Shown here in pieces: positions 11,017 to 21,440 of a stretch of DNA of 52,536 nt. The position numbers were made by a program, and so were the translations under genes. Positions within the stretch are counted from its first letter, which is position 1. Each line of letters opens with the position of its first letter. Below the pieces are notes generated by a model. The model saw only the letters and a list, made by a program, of their open reading frames with translations, was not told the DNA's origin and searched no databases. Where the stretch lies: sequence record DRR723986_1364; one strand, written 5' to 3'.

Positions 11017-11889
11017 CTAGCCTAAAACTTCAGCTACTTTTTTACCTATTTCAGCAGGTGAATCTACAACATGAATTCCACAGGCTCTCATAATTTTCTT
11101 TTTTGCTTGGGCTGTATCATCACTTCCACCAACAATTGCACCAGCATGTCCCATAGTACGTCCTGCAGGTGCTGTTTCACCAGCAATAAAACCAACGACT
11201 GGCTTTTTACTTCCACTAGCCTTATACCACTCAGCTGCGTCAGCTTCTAACTGGCCTCCAATTTCACCTATCATTACTACAGCTTCCGTCTCAGGATCAT
11301 TTATTAATAACTCAACAGCTTCTTTTGTCGTTGTTCCAATAATTGGGTCACCACCAATACCAATGGCCGTTGTAATACCTAATCCTTGCTTTACAACTTG
11401 ATCAGCAGCTTCATATGTTAATGTCCCAGATTTAGAAACAATACCTACTTTACCTTCTTTAAATACAAAACCTGGCATGATACCAACTTTTGCTTCTCCC
11501 GGAGTAATTACTCCTGGACAATTTGGACCTACTAATCTGCAATCTCTATCTTCAATGTAGCCTGCTGCTTTTATCATATCTGCAACAGGAATACCTTCCG
11601 TAATAGTAATGATAACTTTAATACCTGCATCTGCAGCTTCCATTATTGCATCAGCCGCGAATGCTGGCGGAACAAATATGATAGTTGTATCTGCACCTAC
11701 TTTTTCTACAGCTTCAGACACCGTATTAAATACTGGCTTTCCTAAGTGAGTTTGACCGCCTTTGCCTGGTGTTACACCACCAACAACATTAGTTCCATAC
11801 TCAATCATTTGACCAGCATGAAATGTGCCTTCACTACCTGTAAAACCTTGTACTATGATATTAGAATTTTTATTTACTAAAACGCTCAT
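11017..11889 (-). CDS. sucD: Succinyl-CoA synthetase alpha subunit
   Basis: QGFTG, GPNCPG, GIGGDP and MGHAGA (phospho-His) motifs. Confidence 0.98.
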   Translation of the reverse strand: MSVLVNKNSNIIVQGFTGSEGTFHAGQMIEYGTNVVGGVTPGKGGQTHLGKPVFNTVSEAVEKVGADTTIIFVPPAFAADAIMEAADAGIKVIITITEGIPVADMIKAAGYIEDRDCRLVGPNCPGVITPGEAKVGIMPGFVFKEGKVGIVSKSGTLTYEAADQVVKQGLGITTAIGIGGDPIIGTTTKEAVELLINDPETEAVVMIGEIGGQLEADAAEWYKASGSKKPVVGFIAGETAPAGRTMGHAGAIVGGSDDTAQAKKKIMRACGIHVVDSPAEIGKKVAEVLG

Positions 11890-11926
11890 TTGATATTGTT
11901 GTTTAAGATTTTAAAATTTTCTTGTG

Positions 11927-11934
11927 CAAAAATA
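11927..11934 (-). promoter_or_regulatory. -7 promoter element for sucD
   Basis: TATTTTTG on the minus strand (TAnnTTTG), about 38 nt upstream of the ATG. Confidence 0.6.
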
Positions 11935-11975
11935 AGAGTTTTAACACGTATTTACGAGCTCTTTCTTTATTTTAT

Positions 11976-12374
11976 TTATGAATAAGATTTCATCGCCAAC
12001 TCATCAGATTCATCAGCAGGTTGACTTATTTCATACCCTCTAATAAGCTTATGGTCTTTTACTTCCCAAATTGTAGAAAAATGTCCAAGAACTGTCTCTG
12101 TATCTGGTGCTTCTATAGTGTTTCCAAATAAAGTATGTCTGGTCACCACAGTGGCATCTGATTCTATAAGATGGGTAAATTCAAATCTCAATGAAACGTA
12201 TGCCTTTCTTGTGCCTTCAAAAAATTCTAAGAGGTCATTATAATTTAGAATTCTAAATCCCTGACTACTGATCCAGTGCAACTCACTGTCTTTATCGAAA
12301 TACTCAGAAACTACATTTGCATTATTAGCAATATCTGAATTATAAAAGCTTTTAACTAACTCTAATGGTGTCAT
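11976..12374 (-). CDS. NTF2/SnoaL-like protein
   Basis: 132 aa; ELVKSFY start and IWEVKDHKLIRGYE end fit the SnoaL-like pattern. Confidence 0.7.
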   Translation of the reverse strand: MTPLELVKSFYNSDIANNANVVSEYFDKDSELHWISSQGFRILNYNDLLEFFEGTRKAYVSLRFEFTHLIESDATVVTRHTLFGNTIEAPDTETVLGHFSTIWEVKDHKLIRGYEISQPADESDELAMKSYS

Positions 12375-13310
12375 TTATAATTTATTTATCTTTTTAATTA
12401 TTTCAGGAAGCTTCTTTAAATAGGCTCTTTCTTTAAAAAAGGCTCTTGCTTCAATTGCCGGAGACCCAAAATAGGTTTTACCTTCATCAGTTGTATGACC
12501 TAATCCTGATTGTGCATAAAGCACAGTACCTTTAGCGATTGTAATTCCGCTTTTAACACCAACTTGTCCCCAAAGCGTAACATTATCTTCAATGACCACA
12601 CATCCTGCAACTGCTGTATGGGCAGCAATTAAGCATTTTTTACCTAATACAGTATCGTGCCCTATTTGTATATGATTATCTAATTTAGAACCTTCACCAA
12701 TAGTTGTATCACCAGTAACACCTCTATCAATAGTACAAAGTGCACCAATATCTACATTGTTTTTAATGATAACTCTTCCACCTGATTTTAGTTGGTCGTA
12801 TCCTTCTGGTCTATTCTTATAATAAAACGCATTTGCACCAAGAACAGATCCAGCATGTATAGTTACATTATCGCCAATAATTGCATCATCATAAATGCTT
12901 ACATTAGAATGAATAACGCAGTTTTTTCCGATTTCTACATTATTACCAATAAAACAATTTGGTTGAATTCTTGTTCCTTCGCCAATAATAGCGCTATCTG
13001 AAATGGCTTTATCTGCAGACCTAAATGGCTTAAAATGTGCTGTTAGCTTGTTAAAATCTCTGAATGGATCATCTGATATTAATAAGGCTTTACCATCAGG
13101 ACATTCTACCTCTTTATTAATTAAAACAATTGTGGCAGCAGACTCTAGTGCCTTATCATAATATTTTGGATGGTCGACAAAAACAATATCACCAGGCTCA
13201 ACAACATGAATTTCATTAACACCCAAGATTTGAAAATCTTCTGGTCCAACAAATTTACAATCAATAAGTTTGGCGATATCTTTTAAACGATATGGTTTTG
13301 GAAATTTCAA
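12375..13310 (-). CDS. LpxD-like UDP-3-O-acylglucosamine N-acyltransferase (second paralog)
   Basis: LpxD N-terminal domain, hexapeptide repeats, TIDRG and KLDNHIQIGH motifs; TTG start. Confidence 0.85.
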   Translation of the reverse strand: MKFPKPYRLKDIAKLIDCKFVGPEDFQILGVNEIHVVEPGDIVFVDHPKYYDKALESAATIVLINKEVECPDGKALLISDDPFRDFNKLTAHFKPFRSADKAISDSAIIGEGTRIQPNCFIGNNVEIGKNCVIHSNVSIYDDAIIGDNVTIHAGSVLGANAFYYKNRPEGYDQLKSGGRVIIKNNVDIGALCTIDRGVTGDTTIGEGSKLDNHIQIGHDTVLGKKCLIAAHTAVAGCVVIEDNVTLWGQVGVKSGITIAKGTVLYAQSGLGHTTDEGKTYFGSPAIEARAFFKERAYLKKLPEIIKKINKL

Positions 13311-13313
13311 AGT

Positions 13314-13916
13314 CTAAAGAATTTTAAATGTACCGTTAATATATTCAAAGGTAGTTTCTAGTTTTTTAAATCTATCACCTACAGTCCAACTCATAATTAA
13401 ATATAAATTTTTGTCACCCTCAACACAGGTTATCATGTAATACGCCTTTAGATCGTCTATTACACCTGTAAGCTTTGCTTGACGAGCAGGTCTTCCATTT
13501 ACCTCTACAAGCCCATAATCTTGATACTTTAGATTATCAACTGTTTCTTTAAGCATATTTTTGTATGCATTTATGTAATTTTCTACAGGTGAGAGTTCCT
13601 GATCATACTCATCAAATTCTATAAATGTATCAATAAATTCTTGCTTATTTTCATCTATTACAATGGTGTAAGCTTCTTTGTAAATATTAGCATATTTCAG
13701 AGATGCGTCTGGATGCAGATTGCCCATCTTCTTCATATATCTTGGTACGTCTAACTGATAAAGCTCATTAATAGAGACCGTCTGATAATTACTTTCCGAA
13801 AGAGATTCAGGTGTGTTTTCTGCAGCTGCATTTTTTACTGCATCAGCTGCTCCATCAATTAATTGAACACAGGATGTAAAAAAACTAAAGAATAAAAAGA
13901 ATTTAATTTTATTCAT
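13314..13916 (-). CDS. Hypothetical lipoprotein
   Basis: MNKIK plus a hydrophobic stretch and lipobox FTSC; VNGRPA segment reminiscent of the PsbP/DcrB fold. Confidence 0.65.
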   Translation of the reverse strand: MNKIKFFLFFSFFTSCVQLIDGAADAVKNAAAENTPESLSESNYQTVSINELYQLDVPRYMKKMGNLHPDASLKYANIYKEAYTIVIDENKQEFIDTFIEFDEYDQELSPVENYINAYKNMLKETVDNLKYQDYGLVEVNGRPARQAKLTGVIDDLKAYYMITCVEGDKNLYLIMSWTVGDRFKKLETTFEYINGTFKIL

Positions 13917-13920
13917 TTAA

Positions 13921-14487
13921 TTATTCCTTGATACGCTCTTTGTAAGTTCCTTTTTCAGTTTCTACTTTAATTTTATCACCTTCATTTATAAAGAGAGGCA
14001 CATTTACAGTTGCTCCAGTTTCTACAGTTGCTGGTTTGGTTGCATTAGTCGCTGTATTTCCTTTTACTCCGGGCTCTGTTGCCGTAACTTCTAAAATAAC
14101 ACTAGCTGGCATTTCAACAGATAATGGAGAATCATCTTCTGTATTAATTAATACTGTTACAACTTCACCCTCTTTCATTAGCTCAGGAGCATCAAGAACA
14201 GATTTTTGCAGTTGTATCTGAGAATAATCAGATGTATTCATAAAATGGTATGTATCACCATCATTATATAAATACTGAAATTTATGGGTCTCAACTCTAA
14301 CTTCTTCAATTTTATGACCGGCTGAAAAGGTATTGTCTATAACCTTACCAGTTGTAACACTCTTCAATTTAGTTCTAACAAACGCCGGACCTTTACCAGG
14401 TTTAACGTGTAGAAATTCAATTATTTTAAAAATATCATGATTATATTTAATACATAATCCATTCCTAATATCTGATGTACTTGCCAT
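13921..14487 (-). CDS. efp: Elongation factor P
   Basis: HVKPGKGPAFVRTKL, PGVKGNTA and VPLFINEGD motifs. Confidence 0.98.
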   Translation of the reverse strand: MASTSDIRNGLCIKYNHDIFKIIEFLHVKPGKGPAFVRTKLKSVTTGKVIDNTFSAGHKIEEVRVETHKFQYLYNDGDTYHFMNTSDYSQIQLQKSVLDAPELMKEGEVVTVLINTEDDSPLSVEMPASVILEVTATEPGVKGNTATNATKPATVETGATVNVPLFINEGDKIKVETEKGTYKERIKE

Positions 14488-14497
14488 TTTCTATTTT

Positions 14498-15283
14498 TTA
14501 ATTTGATTTAAAGTAGCCTTTCATTATTCCTCGATGTGAATTCTTAATAAACTGAAGAATTTCATCTCTTTCTGGAGTAGCTTCCATTTCTGCTTCTATA
14601 ATTTCTGAAGCTTGTGTGTTGTTATAATTTTTTTGATATAAGATTCTGAATATATCCTGAATCTCTCTGATCTTTTCAGTAGTAAACCCTCTTCTTCTTA
14701 ATCCTACAGAATTAATACCTACATAAGATAATGGTTCTCTTGCTGCTTTTACAAATGGAGGCACATCTTTTCTTACTAATGACCCACCAGTTACAAAGGC
14801 GTGATTACCTATTGAACAAAACTGATGCACTGCAGTCATACCAGCTAATACAACATAATCTCCTACTGTTATATGACCTGCCAAAGTACTATTATTAGAG
14901 AAAATACAATTATTACCTACTACACAATCATGTGCTATATGACAATAGGCCATTATTAAACAATTATTACCAATAACTGTTTTCATTTTATCTGTAGTAC
15001 CTCTATTTATTGTAACACATTCTCTAATAGTAACGTTATCACCTATTTCTACAGTTGTATCTTCGTCATTATATTTTAAATCCTGAGGAACAGCCGATAT
15101 TACAGCTCCTGGAAAAATATTACAATTCTTTCCAATACGCGCACCTTCCATAATGGTGACATTACTTCCAATCCATGTTCCCTCACCAATTTTTACATTA
15201 TTATGTATTGTTGTAAAAGGTTCTATTACTACATTCTTGGCAATTTTTGCACCTGGATGTACGTATGCTAAAGGTTGGTTCAT
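14498..15283 (-). CDS. lpxA: UDP-N-acetylglucosamine acyltransferase
   Basis: PQDLKY, IRECVTINRGT, HIAHDC and VHQF motifs. Confidence 0.97.
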   Translation of the reverse strand: MNQPLAYVHPGAKIAKNVVIEPFTTIHNNVKIGEGTWIGSNVTIMEGARIGKNCNIFPGAVISAVPQDLKYNDEDTTVEIGDNVTIRECVTINRGTTDKMKTVIGNNCLIMAYCHIAHDCVVGNNCIFSNNSTLAGHITVGDYVVLAGMTAVHQFCSIGNHAFVTGGSLVRKDVPPFVKAAREPLSYVGINSVGLRRRGFTTEKIREIQDIFRILYQKNYNNTQASEIIEAEMEATPERDEILQFIKNSHRGIMKGYFKSN

Positions 15284-15285
15284 TT

Positions 15286-16692
15286 TTACTTAACTTTTGA
15301 GATTTGAGCCATTAATTCTGCTTCCGCACATAATTTACCATTAGCATAAGCATAGCCTTGCATATGACATATACCACGTCTTATTGGTGTTATTAATGAA
15401 CACTTAAATATTAGGGTGTCACCTGGCACCACTTTTTGTTTGAATTTTACATTATCCATTTTCATGAAAAATGTAAGATAGTTTTCAGGATCGGGTACTG
15501 TACTCAACACCAATATACCACCTGTTTGAGCCATAGCCTCCACAATAAGTACTCCAGGCATAACTGGTTGTCCGGGAAAATGTCCTTTGAAGAATTCCTC
15601 ATTCATAGTAACATTTTTCATTCCTATAACATGACTGTCTGTTAGTTCATAAACCTTATCTAACAGTAAGAATGGCTGTCTGTGAGGCAGCATATTCATG
15701 ATTTGATTAACATCCATTAATGGAGGTGAATTCAAATCAATTTGTGGTACATTATTTCTTCTTTCATTTTTAATAATCTTAGACATTTTTTTTGCAAACT
15801 GCGTATTTACAAAATGACCAGGCTTATTAGCAATTACTTTACCTCTTATACGAGTACCAATTAATGCTAAATCACCCACTACGTCTAATAATTTATGTCT
15901 TGCGGCTTCATTTGGATGATGCAATGTAAGGTTATCTAAAATACCATTAGGTTTAACAGCTATATTATCTTTTTTGAAGGCTACTCTAAGTTTATCCATA
16001 GTTTCTGGAGATAATTCCGTATCTACATATACTATAGCATTATTTAAATCTCCTCCTTTAATCAAACCGTGCTCAAGAAGCATCTCTATCTCATGCAGGA
16101 AACTAAATGTTCTTGCATCAGCAATTTCTGTTTTAAAATCAGAAACTGAATTCATAGTAGCATTTTGAGTACCCAATACTTTGGTACCAAAATCTACCAT
16201 AGTGGTAACTTGGTATGTATTTGAAGGCATCAGAATAATTTCACTACCAGTAGCCTCATCTGTATAAGAAACTACATCTTTAACGACATATTCTTCTCTT
16301 ACAGCTTCTTGCTCAAGAATATTAGCTTTTTCTAATTCCTCAACAAAGAATTTCGAAGACCCATCCATTATAGGAGGTTCTGATGCATTAAGCTCAATAG
16401 TGACATTATCTAAATCTAAACCAACTAATGCAGCTAAAACATGCTCGCATGTTTGTATAGTAACTCCATTCTTCTCAAGGCATGTACCTCTCTGAGTATT
16501 AGTTACATAATTAGCATCTGCCTCAATTTTAGGACTTCCTTCTAGATCAATTCGTTCAAAAATAAAACCAGTATTCTCAGCACCTGGTTTAAAAACTAAT
16601 TTCACATCTGCTCCTGTATGAAGTCCAACACCTTCTAGTGTAACCTCTTTTTCAATGGTCTTTTGTTTAATTTCCGTTCTAATTATTGCCAT
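15286..16692 (-). CDS. lpxC: Bifunctional LpxC/FabZ
   Basis: GVGLHTG, EHVLAAL and HKLLD (LpxC) followed by [11 protein letters not shown] and [13 protein letters not shown] (FabZ). Confidence 0.96.
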   Translation of the reverse strand: MAIIRTEIKQKTIEKEVTLEGVGLHTGADVKLVFKPGAENTGFIFERIDLEGSPKIEADANYVTNTQRGTCLEKNGVTIQTCEHVLAALVGLDLDNVTIELNASEPPIMDGSSKFFVEELEKANILEQEAVREEYVVKDVVSYTDEATGSEIILMPSNTYQVTTMVDFGTKVLGTQNATMNSVSDFKTEIADARTFSFLHEIEMLLEHGLIKGGDLNNAIVYVDTELSPETMDKLRVAFKKDNIAVKPNGILDNLTLHHPNEAARHKLLDVVGDLALIGTRIRGKVIANKPGHFVNTQFAKKMSKIIKNERRNNVPQIDLNSPPLMDVNQIMNMLPHRQPFLLLDKVYELTDSHVIGMKNVTMNEEFFKGHFPGQPVMPGVLIVEAMAQTGGILVLSTVPDPENYLTFFMKMDNVKFKQKVVPGDTLIFKCSLITPIRRGICHMQGYAYANGKLCAEAELMAQISKVK

Positions 16693-17707
16693 CTACTTTC
16701 TTTTCAATTTCATTTATATTCTTAACAATCTTTGGTAAATTTTTAAAGTAAACATAAGATTTGTTGTAATCACCATATGTTAATGCTGGCGAACCCTGTA
16801 GCACTTCATTGTCCTTTACATGCCTCCCAATTCCAGACTGTGCTTGTATTTTTACATTATTACCAATAGTAATATGCCCAACAATACCAACTTGTCCACC
16901 AATTTGACAATTCTCGCCAATTTTAGTTGACCCAGCTACTCCTGTTTGAGCAGCAATAACAGTGTTTTTACCAATCTCTACGTTATGAGCTATTTGGATT
17001 TGATTATCTAGTTTAACACCACGTCTTATTATTGTAGATCCTAATGTTGCTCTATCTATTGTTGTACCTGCGCCAATATCTACATGATCCTCTAAGATTA
17101 CATTCCCTATTTGTGGTACTTTAGAATACTCACCATTTTCGTTTGGTGCAAAACCAAACCCATCAGCACCAATAATTGCTCCAGAATTAATTACACAGTT
17201 ATTGCCAATAACACAGTCTGAATATATCTTACCACCAGAGAAAACAATAGTGTCATCTCCCAATACAACGTTATCACCTATAAAAGAATTAGGAAATATC
17301 TTTACATTATCTCCTAATTTAACATTATCACCTATATACGTAAACGAACCGATATAAATATTTTCACCAACCTTAGCTGAGTCTGAAATATAACTAGGTC
17401 GTTCAATACCTGTTTTATTCAATTTTATCTGATTGTAATATTCCAATAACTTGGTAAATGCACCATAGGCATCATCTACCTTTATTAGAGTAGTATTTAA
17501 GCTTTGTTCTGGTACAAAATCGTTATTAACAATAGTGATTGACGCTTGTGTTGAATAGATATAAGATTTATACTTTGGGTTGGCAAGAAATGTTAATGAA
17601 CCTTGAGTTCCTTCTTCAATTTTCGCCAACTTAGAAACTTCAATATTTGGATCACCAACTATAGTACCTTCTAAAATACCTGCTATTTGTTCTGCTGTGA
17701 ATTTCAA
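16679..17707 (-). CDS. lpxD: UDP-3-O-(3-hydroxyacyl)glucosamine N-acyltransferase
   Basis: FLANPKY, GADGFGF, TTIDRA and [12 protein letters not shown] motifs; TTG start. Confidence 0.96.
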   Translation of the reverse strand: MKFTAEQIAGILEGTIVGDPNIEVSKLAKIEEGTQGSLTFLANPKYKSYIYSTQASITIVNNDFVPEQSLNTTLIKVDDAYGAFTKLLEYYNQIKLNKTGIERPSYISDSAKVGENIYIGSFTYIGDNVKLGDNVKIFPNSFIGDNVVLGDDTIVFSGGKIYSDCVIGNNCVINSGAIIGADGFGFAPNENGEYSKVPQIGNVILEDHVDIGAGTTIDRATLGSTIIRRGVKLDNQIQIAHNVEIGKNTVIAAQTGVAGSTKIGENCQIGGQVGIVGHITIGNNVKIQAQSGIGRHVKDNEVLQGSPALTYGDYNKSYVYFKNLPKIVKNINEIEKKVDGNN

Positions 17708-17739
17708 TGAATCGTTTTTATAGTAACTGTTGGTTTCCG

Positions 17740-17747
17740 CAAAAATA
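17740..17747 (-). promoter_or_regulatory. -7 promoter element for the lpxD-lpxC-lpxA-efp unit
   Basis: TATTTTTG on the minus strand, about 33 nt upstream of the start. Confidence 0.55.
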
Positions 17748-17758
17748 GAAAAAATGTA

Positions 17759-19003
17759 TCACATTTTCTTTTTAGGATAGCACATATAATATTTAGTTAC
17801 TGGTTTGCTTAGTGCTTTTAAGTTTAATTGATCTGATGCTTTAACAATATCTTTAATCTTACCAGATTTAAGAAGTATGTTTATGTTCTGCTTTTTAGAT
17901 TGATAAGCCTGATTTGTAATTTCTCCTTGAAACACAAAGTAATCAGCTTCTACTTTAGAAATATAATATTTCTGCATTAGTTCGTCTGCATGTTCAATCA
18001 ATTCTGATTTTTTAATTGGCTTATTTTTTATTTTAATTTTTAATAAATCTCTATTTATAATCATTTCGCACAGATTTCTCAATACAAAATCTTCAGCATA
18101 TTGCCATTCTTTCATCGCTGATACAATATCATAATCATCTAATTTTGAAAAGACTGATAAAGTCTGGTCATTAAAACTAGATGCATTAACTTCATTTTTA
18201 AGAAAATAATTTAATGCCTCACTACAATGTAACTCAGTGCCAAGATTAACAAGTTCTTTTGCTCGTTTTAAAACTCTAGTGACCAGTTGCTCCGCTACTA
18301 ATCCTGTTTTATGCAAGTAAACCTGCCAATACATAAATCTGCGAGCCACCAAAAACTTTTCTACGCTGTAAATTCCTTTTTCTTCAATTACTAACTCATC
18401 ATTAATAACGTTGAGCATAGTAATTAAGCGTTCACTATTAATATTACCTTCTGCTACACCAGTGTAGAAACTATCGCGTTTTAAATAATCCGCTCTATCC
18501 ATATCTATTTGACTGGAAATAAGCTGACACATAAATTTACGAGGATACTCACCTTTAAAAATTGAGATTGCTAACGTTAAACTTCCGTTAAACTCTTCAT
18601 TTAAATTTTCCATAAATCGCAACGAAATTTCCTCGTGAGAAATATCATTAACGATACTATGTTCCATTGCGTGAGAGAATGGTCCATGACCAATATCATG
18701 CAACAATATTGCTATTAACAAACCGCTCTCCTCATCATCTGCAATGCTAACTCCCTTAAAACGAAGCACATTAATAGCCTGTTGCATTAAATACATACTA
18801 CCTAAAGCATGATGAAACCTTGTGTGATGTGCGCCAGGATATACTAAATAAGACAAGCCCATTTGGCTAATACGACGCAATCTTTGAAAATATTTATGCT
18901 GTATAAGATCAAAAATCAATGAATTTGGAATTGTAATAAATCCGTAAATTGGATCGTTAAATATTTTGAGCTTATTTTTTGTAGACAAAATCTTAAATTT
19001 CAT
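17759..19003 (-). CDS. HD-domain phosphohydrolase (dNTPase/SAMHD1-like)
   Basis: FQRLRRISQMG, HTRFHHALG, LHDIGHGPFSH and DMDRADYLKRD motifs; start may be TTG at 18988. Confidence 0.9.
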   Translation of the reverse strand: MKFKILSTKNKLKIFNDPIYGFITIPNSLIFDLIQHKYFQRLRRISQMGLSYLVYPGAHHTRFHHALGSMYLMQQAINVLRFKGVSIADDEESGLLIAILLHDIGHGPFSHAMEHSIVNDISHEEISLRFMENLNEEFNGSLTLAISIFKGEYPRKFMCQLISSQIDMDRADYLKRDSFYTGVAEGNINSERLITMLNVINDELVIEEKGIYSVEKFLVARRFMYWQVYLHKTGLVAEQLVTRVLKRAKELVNLGTELHCSEALNYFLKNEVNASSFNDQTLSVFSKLDDYDIVSAMKEWQYAEDFVLRNLCEMIINRDLLKIKIKNKPIKKSELIEHADELMQKYYISKVEADYFVFQGEITNQAYQSKKQNINILLKSGKIKDIVKASDQLNLKALSKPVTKYYMCYPKKKM

Positions 19004-19029
19004 TAATTAGAAAACAAATATACACCAAC

Positions 19030-20577
19030 ATGATAAATATTCTTTGGGTCGATGATGAAATCGATTTATTAAAGCCACATATACTTTTTTTAGAGCAAAA
19101 GCAATATAATGTTACAACTTGCCAAAGCGGCACTGAAGCTTTAGAAATTATTGATGATACAAATTTTGATATTGTATTTTTAGATGAAAACATGCCTGGC
19201 CTTACTGGTTTGGAGACTCTTAATGAAATAAAAGAGCGACGAGCTAATCTTCCAGTGGTTATGATTACAAAAAGTGAAGAAGAATATATAATGGAAGAAG
19301 CAATTGGAAGTAAAATTGCTGATTATCTCATAAAGCCTGTAAATCCTAATCAGATTTTACTAAGCTTAAAGAAAAATTTAGACCACTCCCGTTTAATTTC
19401 AGAAAAAACAACTTCTAATTATCAGCAGGAATTTAGGAAAATAGCCATGGATTTATCTATGGTAAACAGCTATGAAGAATGGGTTGACTTATATCATAAA
19501 CTTATTTATTGGGAACTGCAATTAGAAAGTATTGAAGATGTTGGTATGACGGATATACTAGAGTCTCAAAAAACTGAGGCCAACCTTCAGTTTGGAAAAT
19601 TTATTGAAAAAAATTACGAAGATTGGTTTAAACCAAATACAGACGCACCTATTTTATCTCATAACTTGTTTAAAGAAAAGGTTGTGCCAGAACTTAGCGA
19701 CAAACAACCTACTTTACTTATAGTGATTGACAATTTAAGATATGATCAATGGAAAGCATTTGAGCCTATAGTTAATAATTACTACAAGAAGACATCTGAA
19801 TTATCATTTTATAGTATTCTACCAACAGCCACTCAGTATGCCAGAAATGCTATCTTTTCTGGTTTAATGCCTGCGGATATGGAAAAACTTTATCCACAAT
19901 ACTGGAAAAATGATACTGACGAAGGCGGTAAAAATATGCACGAAAATGACTTTTTGAGAGAGCAGTTAAAACGATTAGGTCTTAACCACATTAAATACGA
20001 ATACCATAAAATAACGAATCTTAAATCAGGTAAAAAACTTGTTGAGAATTTTAGAACCTTAAAAGAAAACGACCTTAATGTTGTGGTTTACAATTTTGTA
20101 GATATGCTTTCGCATTCTAAAACGGAAATGGAGGTTGTAAAAGAATTAGCCTCTAATGACAAAGCTTACCGTTCTTTAACCGTAAGCTGGTTTAAAAATT
20201 CACCGTTGCTAGAAATGATTCAACTTTCACAACAATTAGGATTTAAATTAATCTTAACGACAGATCATGGAACTATAAATGTCAATGCGCCGTCTAAAGT
20301 TATTGGAGATAGAGATACAAGCTTAAATTTAAGATATAAAACTGGCCGAAGTCTAACCTATCAAGACAAAGATGTTATGGCTGTGAAAGACCCAAAATCT
20401 GTACACCTACCTGCGTTAACAATGAGTAGTTCATTTATTTTCGCTAAAGGAGATATGTTTTTAGCTTATCCTAATAACTTTAATCATTATGTTGGCTATT
20501 ATAGGAACACTTACCAACATGGTGGAGTTTCGTTAGAAGAAATGATTATTCCTTTTGTAGTTTTAGACCCTAAGTAA
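19030..20577 (+). CDS. porX: T9SS-associated response regulator with PglZ/alkaline-phosphatase domain
   Basis: Receiver domain (WVDDE, LDENMPG, KP) plus IDNLRYDQW, PTATQYARNAIF, TTDHG and QHGG; HD-porX-tsaE arrangement. Confidence 0.93.
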   Translation: MINILWVDDEIDLLKPHILFLEQKQYNVTTCQSGTEALEIIDDTNFDIVFLDENMPGLTGLETLNEIKERRANLPVVMITKSEEEYIMEEAIGSKIADYLIKPVNPNQILLSLKKNLDHSRLISEKTTSNYQQEFRKIAMDLSMVNSYEEWVDLYHKLIYWELQLESIEDVGMTDILESQKTEANLQFGKFIEKNYEDWFKPNTDAPILSHNLFKEKVVPELSDKQPTLLIVIDNLRYDQWKAFEPIVNNYYKKTSELSFYSILPTATQYARNAIFSGLMPADMEKLYPQYWKNDTDEGGKNMHENDFLREQLKRLGLNHIKYEYHKITNLKSGKKLVENFRTLKENDLNVVVYNFVDMLSHSKTEMEVVKELASNDKAYRSLTVSWFKNSPLLEMIQLSQQLGFKLILTTDHGTINVNAPSKVIGDRDTSLNLRYKTGRSLTYQDKDVMAVKDPKSVHLPALTMSSSFIFAKGDMFLAYPNNFNHYVGYYRNTYQHGGVSLEEMIIPFVVLDPK

Positions 20578-20674
20578 TTCTGTAAAGCGCAAAAAAAGCC
20601 GTTGAAATACACTTTTTTCTAGGTTTTCTGAAATTTTATTCCTAACATTGTAGTCCAAAATTTGGATTAAAAAG

Positions 20675-21139
20675 GTGGAAACTATTGAGTTTACATATCA
20701 ATTAAAGGACATTGACGCAACAGCAAAAAGAGTATTAGAGCAATTAAACTCTAATATAATATTGTTTAACGGCGCCATGGGCACTGGTAAAACCACATTT
20801 ATTAATGCGCTTTTAAAAGCCATGGATAGTAATGATGTGGCTACAAGCCCAACCTTTTCAATTGTAAATGAATATATAATACCAAACAACAAAGTTTATC
20901 ATTTTGACTTCTATAGAATTGAATCTTTAGAAGAAGCATATAATTTTGGAATAGAAGATTATTTATATAGTGATAATTGGTTATTTATAGAATGGCCAGA
21001 ACGCATTGAAGCATTAATACCAGAAAATGCTCAAACAATCAATATAACTAGTCTTAACAACACAACAAGATCCCTCAAATTAACCATAAATACTAAACGT
21101 TTAACCGAAAATAAAGCTATGACAGAACCGAAATTTTAG
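20675..21139 (+). CDS. tsaE: tRNA t6A biosynthesis ATPase
   Basis: GAMGTGKTTF, SPTFSIVNEY, HFDFYRI and IEW motifs; GTG start. Confidence 0.95.
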   Translation: METIEFTYQLKDIDATAKRVLEQLNSNIILFNGAMGTGKTTFINALLKAMDSNDVATSPTFSIVNEYIIPNNKVYHFDFYRIESLEEAYNFGIEDYLYSDNWLFIEWPERIEALIPENAQTINITSLNNTTRSLKLTINTKRLTENKAMTEPKF

Positions 21140-21197
21140 ACAAAATTTCACCGACATTCTACCGATAGAGTAAAACAGTTACGGGAAAACCGTAACT
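21103..21197. promoter_or_regulatory. Direct-repeat array plus perfect inverted repeat (candidate operator)
   Basis: ACCGA at 21104, 21127, 21150 and 21161 (23/23/11 spacing); AGTTACGG-gaaaa-CCGTAACT at 21177-21197. Confidence 0.5.
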
Positions 21198-21236
21198 AAA
21201 ACCTCAAAATTTATTGGATTTTAACACAAATTGATT

Positions 21237-21266
21237 TTTGCAGGCATTCTATGCACCTTAAATTTG
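21237..21266 (+). promoter_or_regulatory. Housekeeping promoter for the micropeptide cassette
   Basis: TTTG(21237-21240)-N18-TAAATTTG(21259-21266) matches the Bacteroidota -33/-7 consensus. Confidence 0.7.
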
Positions 21267-21296
21267 TAGTTATTAATTAATTAAATCCCTTAAATT

Positions 21297-21440
21297 ATGA
21301 AAGCTAAAAAACTAGTATTAGTAGTTGCTATCTTCGGAGGAATGTTGTTTACGGTTCAAGCAACTAACATTATTGACTTAGATGGACAAACTACAACAGA
21401 AATCGACAGACCTAAAATTAAGACACCAAGAAAAGGTTGA
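21297..21440 (+). CDS. Small secreted peptide, 47 aa: MKAKKLVLVVAIFGGMLFTVQA-TNIIDLDGQTTTEIDRPKIKTPRKG
   Basis: Hand-translated; AT-rich leader, basic n-region, hydrophobic h-region and V-Q-A signal peptidase I site; promoter 30 nt upstream. Confidence 0.8.
   Translation: MKAKKLVLVVAIFGGMLFTVQATNIIDLDGQTTTEIDRPKIKTPRKG

Noticed and set aside
15286-16692. LpxC-FabZ fusion, and sucD without an adjacent sucC (11017-11889)
   Set aside because: Both are usual in Bacteroidota/Flavobacteriia and not novel.
17759-20577. HD dNTPase-like plus PglZ-domain protein as a BREX-like or nucleotide-depletion defence system
   Set aside because: The PglZ domain is fused to a receiver domain (PorX), HD-porX-tsaE is a conserved housekeeping arrangement, and no other brx genes are present.
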